Shown in pieces: positions 1-14,228 of a stretch of 64,000 nucleotides of DNA. This DNA is from Camelus ferus (Eukaryota), in the NCBI RefSeq assembly GCF_009834535.1, contig NC_045697.1, positions 114,392,001-114,456,000 of the forward strand. Reading direction: 5' to 3'. A program made the translations under genes and the position numbers. Below the pieces are notes generated by a model that saw nothing but the letters and a program-made list of their open reading frames with translations, made no database searches and was not told where the DNA came from. Within the stretch, counting starts at the first letter, position 1. The number at the start of each line of letters is the position of its first letter.

Positions 1-3000
1 TTAGTTTGATGTAGTCTCGCTTGTTTATTTTCACTTTTGTTGCCTTTGCTTTTGGAATAAGACCCAAAAACTTCCACAGCAAGGCTGACGTTGAGGAGCT
101 TATCACCTGTTTTCTTCAAGGAGCTCTCATGTTTTCAGGTCTTGCATACAAGTCTTAAATCCATTTTGAGTATATTTTTATGTAAGGTGTAGGACAGTGG
201 TTCAGTTTCATTCTTTTGCATGTGGCTGTCCAATTTTCCTAACACAATATATTGAGGAGACTGTCCTTTCCCCATTGAATATTCTTGGCTTCTTTGTTGT
301 AAATTAATTAACAATTATGTATGGATTTATTTCATGGCTCTCTGTTCTTTTCCATTGATCTAGTTGTCTATTTTTATGCCTCAAACAAATTGTTTTGACT
401 ACTATTGCTTTGTGATGTAGTTTGAAGTCAAGGAATATGGTACCTCCATCTTTGTTCTTTTTTTAAAATTGGTCATTTAAGTTCTTTGTGTTTCCACAGA
501 AATTTTAGAATTATTTGTTCTATATTCCATAGAAAAATGCCATTAATATTTGGATGGAAATTACATTCAGTCTGTAGATGGCTTGGGTAGTATGGTCATT
601 TTAACAACATTAATTCTTCCACTCAGTTAACAGAAAGTATCTTTCTATTCATTTGCCCCTTCTTTTATTTCTTTCATCAGTATCTTATAGTTTTCAGTGT
701 ACAGGTCTTTCAACTCCTTAGTTAAATCTATTTCTAAGTATTTTATTCTTTTTAATACAATTGTAAATCAGATAGCCTTCATAATTTTTCTTTCTGGTAT
801 TTCATTATTGTTATATATAAATATGACCGATATCTGTATATTGATTTTGTATCCTGCAAGTTTATTGAATTCATTTATTAGATCTAATGTGTTTTTACTG
901 GAGTCTTTAGAGTTTTCTATATGTAGTTATCATGTGATCTGCAAATAGTGGCAATTTTACTTCTTCTTTTCCAATTTGGATTCCTTTTGTTTCTTTTTCT
1001 TATCTAATTGCTATTGTTGGTACTTCCAATAATTTGTTGAATAAAAGAGCCTAGAGTGAGCATCCTTGTCTTATTCCTGATTTTTAGAGGAAAGGCTTTC
1101 AGCATTCACTGTTGAGTATGATGTTAGCCATGGCCTTGTCATACATGGCCTTTATTATGTAGAGATATGTTCCCTCTATACCCACTTTGTTGAGAGTTTT
1201 TATCATAAATGGATGCTAAAATTTCTCAGAAGCCCTTTTGATTTCTTCTTTGATTTCTTTGTTGACTCATTGGCTGCTCACTATTGTGTTGTTTAATCTT
1301 ATATATTTGTGATTGTTTTTTAGTTTACTTGTAATTGATTTCTGTTTTATGCTATTGTGATCGGAAAATATGCTTGATATTATTTCAATCTATTTAAATT
1401 TATGGAGGCCTGTTTTATGGCCCAAATGTAATCTATCCTGGGGAAGATTCCACGTGCACTTGAGAAGAGTGTATTCTGCTGCTTTTAGATTGATTGTTCT
1501 GTATACATCTATTAAGCTTCAACTTCTATAATGTATTGTTTAAGTCCAGTGTTTCCTTATTGATTTTCTGTCTGGATGGTCTGTTTCTTGATGTAAGTGA
1601 TGTTTTAAAGTTCCCTACTATTGTTACATTGCTGTCAATTTCTCAGTTTAAATCCATTAATATTTGCTTTATATAGTTAGGTACTCCTATACTGAGTGAT
1701 TTTATATTTACAAATGCTCTATCTTCCTGTTGGATTGACCCCTTTATCATAATGTAATGTCCTTTTTGTCTTTTATTATAGTCTTTGTTTTAGAGTCTAT
1801 TTTGTTATGAGTATGGCTACACCACTTTTTATTTTTATTTGCATTAGATGTCTTTTCTGTTCTTTCACTTTCAGTCTGTGTGTGTCCTTAGTGTCTTTAG
1901 ATCTGAAGTGTGTCTCTTGTAGGCAGCATATAGATGGGACTTGTTTGTTTGTTTGTTTGTTTTGTTTTTACTTTATTGAGTCACTCAATATATTTAGATT
2001 ATTCAGTCCACTTACATTTAAGGTCATTATTGATAAGTATATACTTATTGCCATTTGCTACTTGTTTTTTGCCTGTTTTTATAGTTCCTCTTTATTTTCA
2101 TCCCTTGCTCTCTCTTCTTGTGATTTGATGACTTTCTTCAGTGTTATGTTTAGATTTCTGTGTCAGTATCTTTTGGGTATGTACTTAAGTATTTGTTTTG
2201 TTGTTACCATGAGTGCACATGTAACAGCCTATTTTAAGCTGATAGCAACTCAAGTTTTAACACATTTTTTAAAATCTACATTTTTAGGCACTCTCCATGT
2301 TTTACATTTTTGATGTCATATTTTACATCATTTTATTTTGCATATTTATTAACTAACTATAGTAGTTATAGTTAATTTTGCTACTTTTGTCCTTTAGCCT
2401 TTATGTTAGTTAAGGCTAGTTAAGGTTAGTTAAGTGGTTAAGTCCACTACCTTTATTATACATTTGCCGTTACCAGTGAGATTTTTACCTCTTATATTTT
2501 CTTATTACTAGTTAGTGCCTTTTCTTTTCAGCTTAAAGAAGTCCCTTTAATAGTTCTTGTAAGGCTGGTTTGCAGGTGATTAACTCTTTTAACTTTTGCT
2601 TATCTGGAAAGCTCTTGGTGTCTACTTCAATTCAATTCTGAATGAAACTTTGCTGGGTAGAGTACTCTAGTTAGACTTTTTTGTTTTTTTGTTTTACTTT
2701 CTGCAGTTTGAATTTATCATTGCCACTTCTTTCTGGCCTGCAAAGTGTCTGTTGAGAAGACAGGTGATATTCTTATCGGGGCTTTCTTGTACACAGCAGT
2801 TTTGTTTTGTTTTTTTTCTTTTCTGTTTTAAAAATTCTCTCTTTATCTTTTACTTTTGACATTTTAATTATAATGTGCTTGCTGTGGATCTTGTTTTGAA
2901 TTCTCTTTGCTTCCTAGATCTGAATGTTTGTTTTCTCCCCCAGATTAGGGAAGATTTCAGTCATTATTTCTTCAAATATATTTTCTTCCCCTTTCTTTGT

Positions 3001-5100
3001 GTTTCCTCCTTCTGGTACACCTATTATCTGAATATTATTCTGCTTGATTTTATCCCACAGATACCTCAAGTTATTTTTAATTTTTTTTTAATTATTTTTT
3101 TCTTTTTACCACTCTGGGTGAGTTTTGCCGTTCAGCTTCCAGGTGACTGATACATTCTTTTCTTCATCTAATCTGCTTTAGAACTCTTCTAGTATATTTT
3201 TTATTTCAGTTATTGTATTCTTCAGCTCTGTGACTTCTATTTGGTACTTTTGTGTATTTTTTATCTTTGCTGAAGCTCTCACTGTGTTCATCCATCCTTC
3301 TGCCATGGTTGGTGACCATGACTTATAACTCTTTATCAGGTAGATTACAAATCTCCATTTTTAAGTTTTATTTTTTTCCTCCTGGTGTTTTTATCTTGTT
3401 CTTTTGTTTTTAACATATTCCATTGTTTCCTCCTGTTCTTGTCTCTCTGTATTTGTTTCTATGTATTAGGTGAAACACTGCCTCTCCCAGCCTTGAAGGT
3501 GTAGCCTTGTGTAGACAATGTTATTGTTCAAACTTGTCCTAGTTCTGATCGTCTCTAGACCCTTTGTGATTGTCTAATTGGCCTAATTTATTCTTGGTAG
3601 GTTCCACTTATTGAGGTTGGCCAAGCCATGTCAGTATTACACATGGAAAGATTACTGTCAGCACCTAGTTTTAGGCTGATTGGAAGCTAGACCCTCAGGC
3701 AGCTTTTAAAGTATGCGAATATACACAATCCTGTGTGACTGCCTTTATAAACCCTGCTGGCCTCCAGACCAGGTGATTGGAAGATGTCTCCTTGGAGACA
3801 GTTACAAAATCTGGGCTCCAGATAGCCATGTAAGGTCCTTTCTGGGAGGTACTGGTGAGCTGTAGCAAGGCCCAGGGAGAGCACAAAGATGGCATCTCCA
3901 GCCTGCATTTGCTGAGAACTCCTTTGTAGCTTCTAGATGTGTGATAAGCCCAGACCCTGCCCTTCAGACTGGCATACAGAGACAAGTAAATAGGGCTTTG
4001 TCACAAAAATTCTGGGTATGTGATGTAGTCTGCTGCCTGTGTTGTGTCCTGGAGGTGGTAGCCTGCCAAGAACTGTCTCTCCAATTGTTTCAGTCCTGTG
4101 GGGCCCAGAAACCTAGGTCCCCTTGGCCACCTGCACTGGGTGCTCAAGGGATGTGCCCTGTATGGACTATGTGCTCATCGGGTTCAAGAGGGTCACAGAC
4201 TAGCCTGGGACTGGGGGGAGCAAGGGTAACAGGAGGGTTTCTGGGTGGGGCAAACCCATCAACCTCAGTGAGACTAAGGGGGAGCCCAAGGCTGAGGGCA
4301 GCCCATCAGCTGCAACAGAGCCATGAGTGAAGCCAGGGCCATGGGTGAGCCTGGCACCAGACAAGCCCACAGGCTGCAGCAGGGTCATACAGGGATCATG
4401 GGTGGGGAGAGATGGTTGCCTTTAGTAGGGCTGTGGGAGAGTAGGTGGAAGGGGCAAGCCAGCCAGCACTAGCAAGGTAAGGGGCACTAAAACTGGGGCC
4501 CATCAGTGCTGGCTCTACCAAGGTGGAGTGAGAGAGCAAAATGGCACCCAGCCATGCCTCTGCCCCTGGAGAAAGCCCCAGCAGATTCCTGTGCCCCGGG
4601 AAACACTTTAAGATTAGCTGAGGAATCTCTTTCCATATGGTCTAGGTATTTTTCAAATGGTGTTTTTACCCTGGGCTTGGGGGGTAGGGTGAGTCTGCAG
4701 GTGAACCCTTTGAAACCAGACTTTCCAATCTCCACAGCATTTTGGGCACCTGAACATAAGCCCCACTGGTTTTAAAGCTGGCCTTTGGGGGTTTGTCTCT
4801 CCAGTGCAGGTTCCCAGGTTTGGGGTGTTTGGGGTGGGGCTTGAACCCATTGCTCCTCAGGGTGAAGTCTGTAATTGTGGACTTTCTCTGGTTTGGGGAG
4901 AAAACTGGGTGTAACATTTTGGGGGAGACTGTATTTCTGCCTTTTCTACCCATCTCAGGGTGGGCTATCTTTTGTTGTGGAGCAGCTGTTCAGCTAGTTT
5001 CTAGGTCTTTTTCAGAGGGAATTGGGCAATATGTAGCTGTAGATTTGATGTGTGTGGAGGTAAGTTTAGGATCTTTCTATGTCACCATCTTAAACTACTG
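1..5100 (-). mobile_element. Old LINE-1, running from ORF2 through ORF1 to the GC-rich 5'UTR, with an internal deletion; continues beyond the window start
   Basis: T-rich antisense L1 ORF2 motifs (ttcattcttttgcatgtggctgtccaattttcc; gtatgatgttagccatggccttgtcatacatggcctttattatg), an ORF1-like region at about 2500-3350 and GC-rich 5'UTR-like sequence at about 3650-5100. No long intact ORF remains. Confidence 0.85.
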
Positions 5101-5864
5101 TCTGCATTTTATCTTTCCTTTTCTACCTTAATCCTTAGTATACCACGATTATTTTTAATAAGCCCATGCATTCTTCAGTGTTTAGTTTGAATACCTCAAA
5201 ACAAGCTGATTTGAATTGTTTCAAGAATCAGAAGAGTATGCTATGAGTAATACTCACAAAGCACTAGTCTGTGGACAACTTGCAAAAGTGGACACATTCT
5301 TGTGACTGGATCTTGTAAATTATTTTGCTTACGTTTTATTCTGGACTGTTCTAGAATCTCGAAATTTCTAGAGAAAAAAATGATTGCAGATAAGTTAGCT
5401 CTCTAAAATATATGTCAATATTAGATGAATTCTGGTATCCATAAATTGAATTGAATTGGTTGAAGTTATTTTTGGATACATTTCATAGAACAGGTAAATA
5501 TTGAGAATTTTAAAAATGCTTCCAATATTCAGAAAGTTTCAATTTCATTTCAAGCCATATTTAATTAAGTTGAACAAGCATTCATGATGTATAGTGTACA
5601 CAGAACTACAAGCTTTTCAAGTAAAGCTTCAGGGAAAAGCCAAAGCCTTATTAAAAAGGGATACACATTCAACTTCTCAATACACTCCTAATATTTTCAT
5701 TAAGTGCTATGACATCAGCTGTGAAATTATCAAAATATTTTTAAAGAATTTACCAATATAATAAAATGTGAAATAAAAACTATAAAATATCACTTAGTAT
5801 GTTTTTCTTTGTCCTTATTTCTGCTTAAAGTCTGCCAAAATAAAGTCCTCTACATATAAATGAA

Positions 5865-6015
5865 CTATATATGTAAGTATATTTATAGTTTATTTATACG
5901 TATTTACATATCTATAAAGTTTAATGTGTATATAAATTTTATACATATAAATATATATAAATAAACTATATACATATATTATATACATGTGTGTGTATAC
6001 ATACATATACATATT
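5865..6015. repeat. TA/CA-rich low-complexity tract
   Basis: Degenerate tata/tacata runs. Confidence 0.7.
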
Positions 6016-6024
6016 CATTACTGT

Positions 6025-6750
6025 CTGTGGTGGCACATCTAGTGTGTTTTTGGTTACCCAACACTTTTGAATTCCCCTTCAATATTTTGGTGATGCTTTG
6101 ATTTTTGCTTACCCCACGGTGAAAACTGAGTCTTCTTATTTGGCCTTCTTTGCAGTTAGGGAGAGGATATGTGGATAAGGCTCTGATAAAAGGAATGCTG
6201 AACAAGACTTCCTTTCATAAGCAAGAATGTTAACCACTATGTATAAAAATAGATAAAAAAACAAATTTCTTCTATATAGCACAGGAAACTCTATTCAATA
6301 TCTTATGGTAACCTTTAATGAAAAAGAATATTAAAATGAATATATGTATATATATGCACGCCTGGGACATGATGCTGTACATCAGAAATTGACACATTGT
6401 AACTGACTATACGTCAATTAAAAAAAAAAGAAAAAGGAACAGGGGAATGCAGGTGCTTTACAGAGTTGACTCTCCCTACGCATCCTCCCTCAGTGAGTGC
6501 TGGGGCAACAAGCTCCCACTTTCAAGGACATCGTGACAAAAACTCTGGAGCTGGTCAGTGTTCAGCTTCAATGGGGTCTCCAATTGGCCAGTCTTAGCAC
6601 GTGGCTTGTGCACCTTCCTGGCTTCTCATTCCGCAAGACTAAAGTTCTGATCTTCTGGTTATTCTCTGACCTTCCTAATATCTTTATTAAATCCTTTTCC
6701 TGCTTAGAACTAAAAAAATAATTTCTATTGTTTGCCACTAAGAACACTGT
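6025..6750 (+). mobile_element. Old MaLR (MLT1-like) LTR interrupted by an L1 fragment
   Basis: The 3' end attaaatccttttcctgcttaga..tttctattgtttgccactaagaac resembles MLT1 termini. Highly diverged. Confidence 0.5.
6232..6436 (+). mobile_element. 5'-truncated L1 3'-end fragment with poly(A)
   Basis: tatagcacaggaaactctattcaatatctt..gctgtacatcagaaattgacacattgtaactgactatac plus an A tail. Same family as 14003, 30745 and 35409. Confidence 0.85.
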
Positions 6751-7734
6751 CCAATTTTTTTTTGGATTTAATGTTTTAAGCAATGTCTATATTTTTATCT
6801 CCTTAAAATATATTTTTAATTGTTACATATGAATTTCCAATGTTTTGAAAGATCAAGATGACCTTACTGTAGTAAAACACATCCTCAGTTTGTTTATAAG
6901 CAAAGAATACTTTCAAAAAGCTCAGATATTAATCAGATTTTATACCCTATTGGTATATTGTCTGTTTTCAAGAAAGTGGGTTTAAGTTTTATTAAATTAT
7001 GTAAATTTAAAATTATATGTACTCTTTATGTCAAAGAGAATCAGAAACAATTTGCAATATTCTTTCTGATTCCTTAATATATATTAGACAAGATTTAGTA
7101 TTTATTCACCCAGTCAATAGGTGAATACCTTCTGATTGCAAAAGATGAAAATAATAGGCATATTTTTTAAAAAGCATAGCTATCCTTCACCTTTTATATC
7201 CACTTACTTCCAATCTCAGGTGAAGAAAGCCTGTGAGTACATTTTTAATTCCTTTCCCATGCATTGCAAATATAATTTTGTTTATTTAATTAGACAGATT
7301 TATATTACTTCTCATTACCTCACTACCTCATTATCTCATTAGCCCTAAGAACAACTCCACAAAGCAAGGAAGGAACTTACCATTTGCACCTGTGGGAATT
7401 TATGCCAAGAGAGATATTCACCCCAAGTTGTTGATCTTATAGGTCGTACATCTTGGGATGTTTATGTGACCTGATTTACTCTAGATCATGAGGTTATCCA
7501 CTGCATGGAGATGAGATGTTCTGTAGTTTTCTGCTGCCCTTTGTAAAATGTAACCCAAATAATTCTGGCTCCTGTATATTACAAATAGATCTGATATATT
7601 CTGCTATTATGTATGAAGCTTGTTGACGATCAGTGGATATTTAGAGTCTTTCATTTTGCCTGCCTTCTGTTTTGCACCAAATAAGTAAAAACAACATCAC
7701 TGAACTCCTGGAGTAAGTATGATACTGGGATTTG

Positions 7735-7965
7735 CAACATGGGCTGGGATTCAGACTATCTGAATTCTAATTAGTATAAAGTCTCTTGGGAGTGATTTTC
7801 CCTCAAGCAAATTATATAACCTCCCTATGCCCCAGCTTCCTTATCTGAAAATTGTATACACTAGTAGAATGAACTCATTTTTGTGTGAGAACTAATGAGA
7901 TAAAACATTTCACAGCTGATAAAACTTGATGAGGCACATTGTAAATGTTCAGTTAAACTAGTTCT
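7735..7965 (+). mobile_element. MIR SINE
   Basis: MIR core caagcaaattatataacctccctatgccccagcttccttatctgaaaa and tail ggcacattgtaaatgttcagttaaa. Confidence 0.7.
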
Positions 7966-9201
7966 TTGTTTTTAGTTCCCTCATCTTCTCTTCCTCCTCC
8001 TCCCTCTTCCTTCTTTCTTCTCTTCCTCCTAATATATGTTTCAAGGAGCATAGATACATCAACCTGATGAAAACAACGTGAATTCATTGTTAGAATACAT
8101 ACAGTAATGAAGGAGTTTGGAAATGTGTAGAAAATGCCAGAACCAAATCATATCCAATTATAGTCACTGAAATTTGAAAAATTTTTTCTATTCAATGAAG
8201 CTTTAAGATTGTGCTGTTGTCTCTCCCTATTAGCAATCTTGTATTAATCTTTGTTCTACAGAGAGGCTATTAGATTCACTCAGCTATTATATATTTATCC
8301 ATTTTGGGGGAATATGTGTCTTTAATTCTCTGTCTGCCCAAATTTTGGAAAAACATAATTGACTTATTTGGATCATCCTGTTCTGGGTGGAGCTTGGCAC
8401 ACAAACTTCAATTTTGGTATTACTGGGACTAAGCTTGAGTCCTAATCCTGGTCTGATGAGCTCTGCCCAGGGGATGAGGATGAAGACCACAAGGTATAGA
8501 GAAACACTCTCCTATTGACATTACTTCTCACCAACTCATTCCTGATTTGCAATTTTCTTTTATTAAGAAAGCTCAATTAAGGAAGGCAAGGTGAACATAG
8601 AAACAAAGGTATAGAATTGAGAGAAATGTGGGTAGAAAATAGAATTGCCTAACAGGCTTAGTAATCAGAAGTGAAGGAAAGAGACAAGTTGAAATATAGC
8701 ACTTTTTCACATGTTTTGACTTTACCAAGAAAATTTTCAGTTCATCTTCGGATAGCAAAATTTTGTTTTCCTTTGTTTTCACCTGTGAAAATATAGGTCT
8801 AAAAATCCTTGTTTGTATCCTATTTATAATATCTGTGTTTTTCACCATTTATTAACTTGTAGTACATCTTGGTCTACATTTAACACTGAAATCAAACTTT
8901 ATCTTATCAAATTTGTCTTACTAGATTTCAATCCTAGTTTTGCTACTTTTAATTATGTGATCACAAAGAATTGACGCTTAAGCTTCTGTCTCTTCATCTA
9001 TAAAGAAGAGATTATTGTCAAATTTAATGACATATTACACTTGCTCAATGAAATATATGGAATTTTCTTATCATTACCAGTAGCTTGATTCAATGTGGCA
9101 TTGTCGATCATATTGATTAACAATGCCCCAGGAAAATATTATCTCTTTGAAAAACAACGTAATGTAATTACTGTTACTATGACTTTCAACAACTTTACAA
9201 G

Positions 9202-9387
9202 TAGACTTGCTAGATAAAATGCAGATCTCCAAGGTTAATTTGAATTTTAGATGTACAACAAATCAACTTTTACTAGAGGCATATACCAGATGTTGCATGG
9301 GATATACTTATACAAAAATCATTCTTGCCGATCTGAAATTCAACTCTAGTTGAGTGTCATATTTTACTTGTTATGTCTGGCAACAAT
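9202..9387. mobile_element. Palindromic DNA-transposon MITE, MER53-like
   Basis: Imperfect inverted arms: ttgctagataaaat / attttacttgttatgtctggcaac and ttaatttgaattttagat / atctgaaattcaa, around a central gttgcatgggatatacttatac. Confidence 0.75.
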
Positions 9388-9587
9388 TTACATGAAACTC
9401 AAATTGGTTTGAATACTGCATTAAAATGATAATTGCTAAAAATGTTACTGTGGCTTGTATCAGTGAAATGAAGTGTTTGAACTGTGGAAAGTTCCTGTGA
9501 AGTTAAACACTTGGCTTTGTAGATTCCTTTTGTTTTCTCATTCCTAGCATTTTTCTGGGATTTTTGTTTTTCTACATCTGCCTAACC

Positions 9588-10010
9588 TGTGTTAGTAATT
9601 GTGTCCAGCACTCAGTAAAAGACTCAGAAAAAAAAAAAACAAAACAGTGAAGGAAATGGACAGAAGTTTATTCTTTCATAAAACATGCTACCCACAGCTG
9701 AGCTGATAGATCTGTGTAGCATCTGGAACTCAATCTCCTATCTTTTCTGGCATTCCAAGAGCATGGTTTTCATCTCCAAGATCATCTCAGGGTTCAAGAG
9801 GGCTGTAGGAGCTCCAGCCACCAGTCCATATATTCCATCAATTTATAATCCAGGCTTGCAGTAGTCCAAAGCAAGTGAAAGACAAATGGTACTTATTCCT
9901 CAAAATCCCACACTGTTAATAGGTCACCGATGTGCTATAACAGTAAAAACTATGCCAGGGAGGCTGGTAAATACAATCCTTTAGTTGGATGTACCGTTTC
10001 GCCATCTGTT
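9588..10010 (-). mobile_element. Old MaLR (MLT1-like) LTR
   Basis: gaagtttattctttc, catggttttcatctccaagatcatctc and gctgtaggagctccagccaccagtccatattcc are antisense MLT1-type motifs. Confidence 0.55.
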
Positions 10011-11789
10011 ACAAAGGAGGACCCGGAGAGCAATTTCGACCTCCCTCTACAAGGCCGGCTAAGAGGATATAAGACGTTTTATTTAAACTTTGTCTTTCTG
10101 CATTGATGAAGAAGGATTATCCCTTTGAATTCTAATTGGAACATCTCTGCCCACCATTTTAGTTCTTCACGTGGTGGTATCAGCCTTCAGTTTCTTTCTT
10201 TGATCATTTTGCTTTCAGAGTCCTCTCCTTAAGAAGTCTACTCACATTTTTTGCATTCAGTTGGATGATTTTTCCTTCTAACCATTCTTGAGATAGCTCT
10301 ATCCCTACAACTTATTGGAGGTGATTCTCACTGTGTACAGTTGATCTCCCTTTAAAGCTAAGCATTCTGTTGGGAAAAAAATCACGAACAATAAAACAAT
10401 TAAAACAAACATTTTCATTCATATCAGGATCCAATTGCTGGTGTGGCAGCTTGTCATATTACTAGTTTTTTTTTTTTAATAGTAGATTTTCTAGTACATA
10501 GTTGGCAGAACTAGCACTGAGAGAAAACCTATCAAAGTATAACAAATAAAATGTTCTTTATATGTCTATCCAGACATACAAAGTCATCAAGTGCTTAATA
10601 TAAATAGTATACTTTATTCTGGTAAAAAAAATAAAATAAAATACAGTTCTGGAATACGTACTGTACTTAAATTTAGAAGTAAAATCCCTAAGTCATATTT
10701 AGTTCCCAGAGACTGAAAAGACACTGTTACTCAATTTTAATATTTAAAGCAGTATGAAAATATAACTTTTTTTCTTCTCATGTATGAAGGTTGAAATCTT
10801 ATGTGTATGCAAGGGACAATATTACCCTTTAGGCTCTTCACTGATAACAAAGCCCAGAATATATATCACCAAGAAAAATAATTTAATTAGTAAGATTTCT
10901 TTTTAAATCTTTTAGAACCCTAGTGCTGTCTTCTAATATGGAATTATTAGAATATACCATTAAAACTAGCTATTTAAAAAAAAAGCCATTGACTTTTTTC
11001 TTCTCTAGACTACAAGTAATCCATTTCTTCTTCCCCTTCCACTAAAAGTGGAGACATTTAATGTTTGAATTATAATACATCATTCAGCATGTAATTTTTA
11101 CCACTAATTCATTTTTCATATAAGCCTGAGGCCATTGTGGCTTTTCAAATCCAGTGGAAATCAGAGTATATTTATGATTCAGAATCTTCCAATCCAAATA
11201 AAGCAAAGCTTTGTCATGGCTGCGGAAGTTGAATTTCTTCCACAAATACCAAACGTACAATATACATTCATCTTTCACTTAAATATGCTATGAAGTTTCA
11301 ATACTCACTGTTAATTTGGTAAAATTTATGTGATCATAAATACTTCCTAGCAGTGTGCTGCTTTAAAATGAATATTATTTCTAAATTACTTTTTTTTTTC
11401 CTGCTGTTATAACAGAACACTGAATTTTACAATTCACTTCTCAAAAAAAGTCTTAAAATCAGTGCTTTAGAAAAACATTTTGAAATGTCTTTGGTCATAT
11501 TCTTTTGGAACTTACCCTTGCCAATAGCAAACGTAAAAATAAAATGCCCGCATGTGAATGAGTAGAATAAATACAGGTTTACTGAGTACCTGACAATTTT
11601 TTAATTTTTAATTTAGGTTCAGTCTTCAAAATTATGGAAAATCATGTTATTTAAATCAGTTTTTGATGGATAGTAATGTAGAAACATGACTTCACTGGGA
11701 CTTTTTTTCTTTCAATAAAGCCATGGCCAAATAACTACACAGATTCTTAAAATGATGAAGTATGTTTTTTGAAGTTTTTTTAATATTAT

Positions 11790-12700
11790 GTCTCTGAACC
11801 CATGGCTTCAATTACTATGTTTAAGCTGATATATTCCAAATTATACTTCTACTTGAAATGTCTCCTCTGAGCACTATTTTCTTCATTTCAATGTGCAAAA
11901 TTCAAAGCAATATCTTTACCCCTGAACCTACCAGATTTGTGTGTTTCCTATTGCACGTAAGCATAGCCCAAAACTGAGTCCTGCTAGCATTCTCTCTCAG
12001 TTTCGCCCTCAAATCTAGTAAGTCATAAAACCTTGTGAATTTAACTTTTTATTTATCTTAAATCAATTCTGTCATCTCATGTCCACCACGGCTGCCTTAG
12101 TTTAAGTTCTTATCATTTCTCACCTTCAAAATTTATCCTCACCTGCTGAGAAGCCCTTTAATTCACAATACAGCCAGACGTAGCTTTGTAAGGTTTACAT
12201 CTGGACTTCTCATTTTCCTCGTTAACACCCTTTAATGGCTTCTTGTAAGTTTCTGGGAAAAAGAAAAGATTAAAATCATTTACTGTATTCAGAAAAAAAG
12301 CCTGTTCTCTATTAGTTCTTCCTACCCCCCAACTCACATTCACGCTTTACAACAAACTTTCCACAGCATTAGCTGTTCTCTGACGTGCTGTGTTATTACC
12401 CCGTTTGTCAAAAGCATCTCTTCTGGGAAACCTCCCCTTGTCTCTTTCATCTACCCAAGTCCAGTTGTCATTTAGAAATAGACAAATGCTTATGCCTAAA
12501 CTTGATTTGTTTTTAAGTTCTTTACTACTACTTTACTACTTAACTAAGTCCAATAACTACAGTTCTTGTATCACAATGAAACTATTAACACTCTCATCTT
12601 TCTTCTTTGGACTAGAAACTCTGAGCGGAAGGACCTTTACCTGGTCAACGTTGTGTTAATGATGTTAGCACTGTACTGACTCCGAAGCTGCTCAATCATT
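11790..12700 (+). mobile_element. LINE-2 3' region
   Basis: catggcttcaattactatgtttaagctgatatattccaaattatac, aaatctagtaagtcataaaaccttgtgaatttaac and a 3' tail ttagcactgtactgactccgaagctgctcaat. Confidence 0.7.
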
Positions 12701-13044
12701 TTTAAATGCTCAAATCAAATCACACATGACATAGTGACATTTCTTATATTTGCTGTTCTGCGGTAAAGAGTTTATTCGTGGGCTTTTATATTTAAAACTT
12801 GCTGGGGTTTTATTTACTTTCTTAACCACGTAAAGGATCCTCAATCAACTGATGTTTATTGGCAGTCGATCATTTAAGTCTAGCACAGCTCAACAACTTT
12901 TAGATTCAATTTCTTTAATAACATTTTTCATTAAGCATATTGATTTTTAACTACAGTTTCAATTTAATCTCCCATCATATGCAATAAGGTGGGGAAAAGA
13001 AAAAGATGAGGAGAAACATATTTGGTTACTGTTTCATCTTTATG

Positions 13045-13500
13045 CACCCCCAAATATTGATTTAATGACCACAGTTTTTCAGGGCCTCAGCTAAATGGGG
13101 AGGATATACCGATAAGAGACACCATTTCTGTCTTCAAATCTCATAGATTTTAAATAGTCAAGAAAGAAAAGAAGTGCATTATATTTAATAATGCAAAATG
13201 AAACAGTATACATTCATAAATGTATACATCTACATGTCATATACAAATATATAAATAATAGTAAGGGGGAGTAGACTTTAAGTTTTAAGAGTCATAGAAG
13301 ACTTCTACGAATACGCTAGTATTGTAGTTTAGATACTAACTAGATGAAGGAATGGTGAATAGGAATTCTTGGGAAAGTGCACAGCGGGCTTGAGACAGCA
13401 TGGTTCATTCAGCAATCTCAAAGTCCCTGTTCTGTCTCAGAGTAACGAAGTCGGTAGATTAATAAATGGCTTGAATACATCAGATGAAACCAGGCTTTTG
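13045..13500 (-). mobile_element. LINE-2 fragment
   Basis: caaatattgatttaatgaccac..gggcctcagctaaatggggaggatatac resembles an antisense L2 3' end. Very diverged. Confidence 0.45.
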
Positions 13501-14002
13501 CATTTGATTGTAGAGCTGCACACTTACACTTATACACTTAGGACATACTATGCAAGATAACGTTTGATGAAAACTTAATATTTATCAACCATTCTAAATT
13601 GTCCTTAAAAAGTTCATTAACTCATTTACTTCTCAAAACAAGACCTATGGAAACCCATGGAACTATACCCATATAAGATGACATTTAAGTTGATTTTTAA
13701 CAGTATAATTTCAATAATTTCGTTCTCTTTGTAGTTTCTCTTTCTCCAGTCACTTTGGTTGGTATGTGCAAATTGAACTATAATTTAAGCAAATAGTACA
13801 TCCATAAAGTTTTAAGCAATTTTTAAGTGCTGTAGCAAAGGAGAATAGCACACTCCATTCAAAGGTGCATAGCTCATGCCAGTTGATATAACAGACTCCC
13901 TAAAGGACATACCACTAACTTCACAGGAGATATTTTGTTGCCCTTTAATTTCAGTTAAGTTTATTCCTAACACTTTTTGTTTGTTTTATTATGTTTTCAT
14001 TC

Positions 14003-14228
14003 TTTTTTATTGAAGTATGGTCAGCTTACAATGTTGTGTCAATTTCTGGTGTACAGCATCATGCTTCAGCCATACATATATTTCTTTTCATATTCTTTTT
14101 CATTTTAGGTGACTACAAGATATTGAATATAGCTCCCTGTGCTATACAGTAGAAACTTCTTGTTTACCTGTTTTATATATAATAGTTAGTATGTGCAAAT
14201 CTCAAGCTCCCAATTTATTCCTTCCCAC
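14003..14228 (-). mobile_element. L1 3'-end fragment
   Basis: ttttttattgaagtatggtcagcttacaatgttgtgtcaatttctggtgtacagc..gatattgaatatagctccctgtgctatacagtag. Confidence 0.88.

Noticed and set aside
697..5131. Cluster of 60-168 aa ORFs
   Set aside because: They are chance readings of a decayed L1 with no coherent protein.
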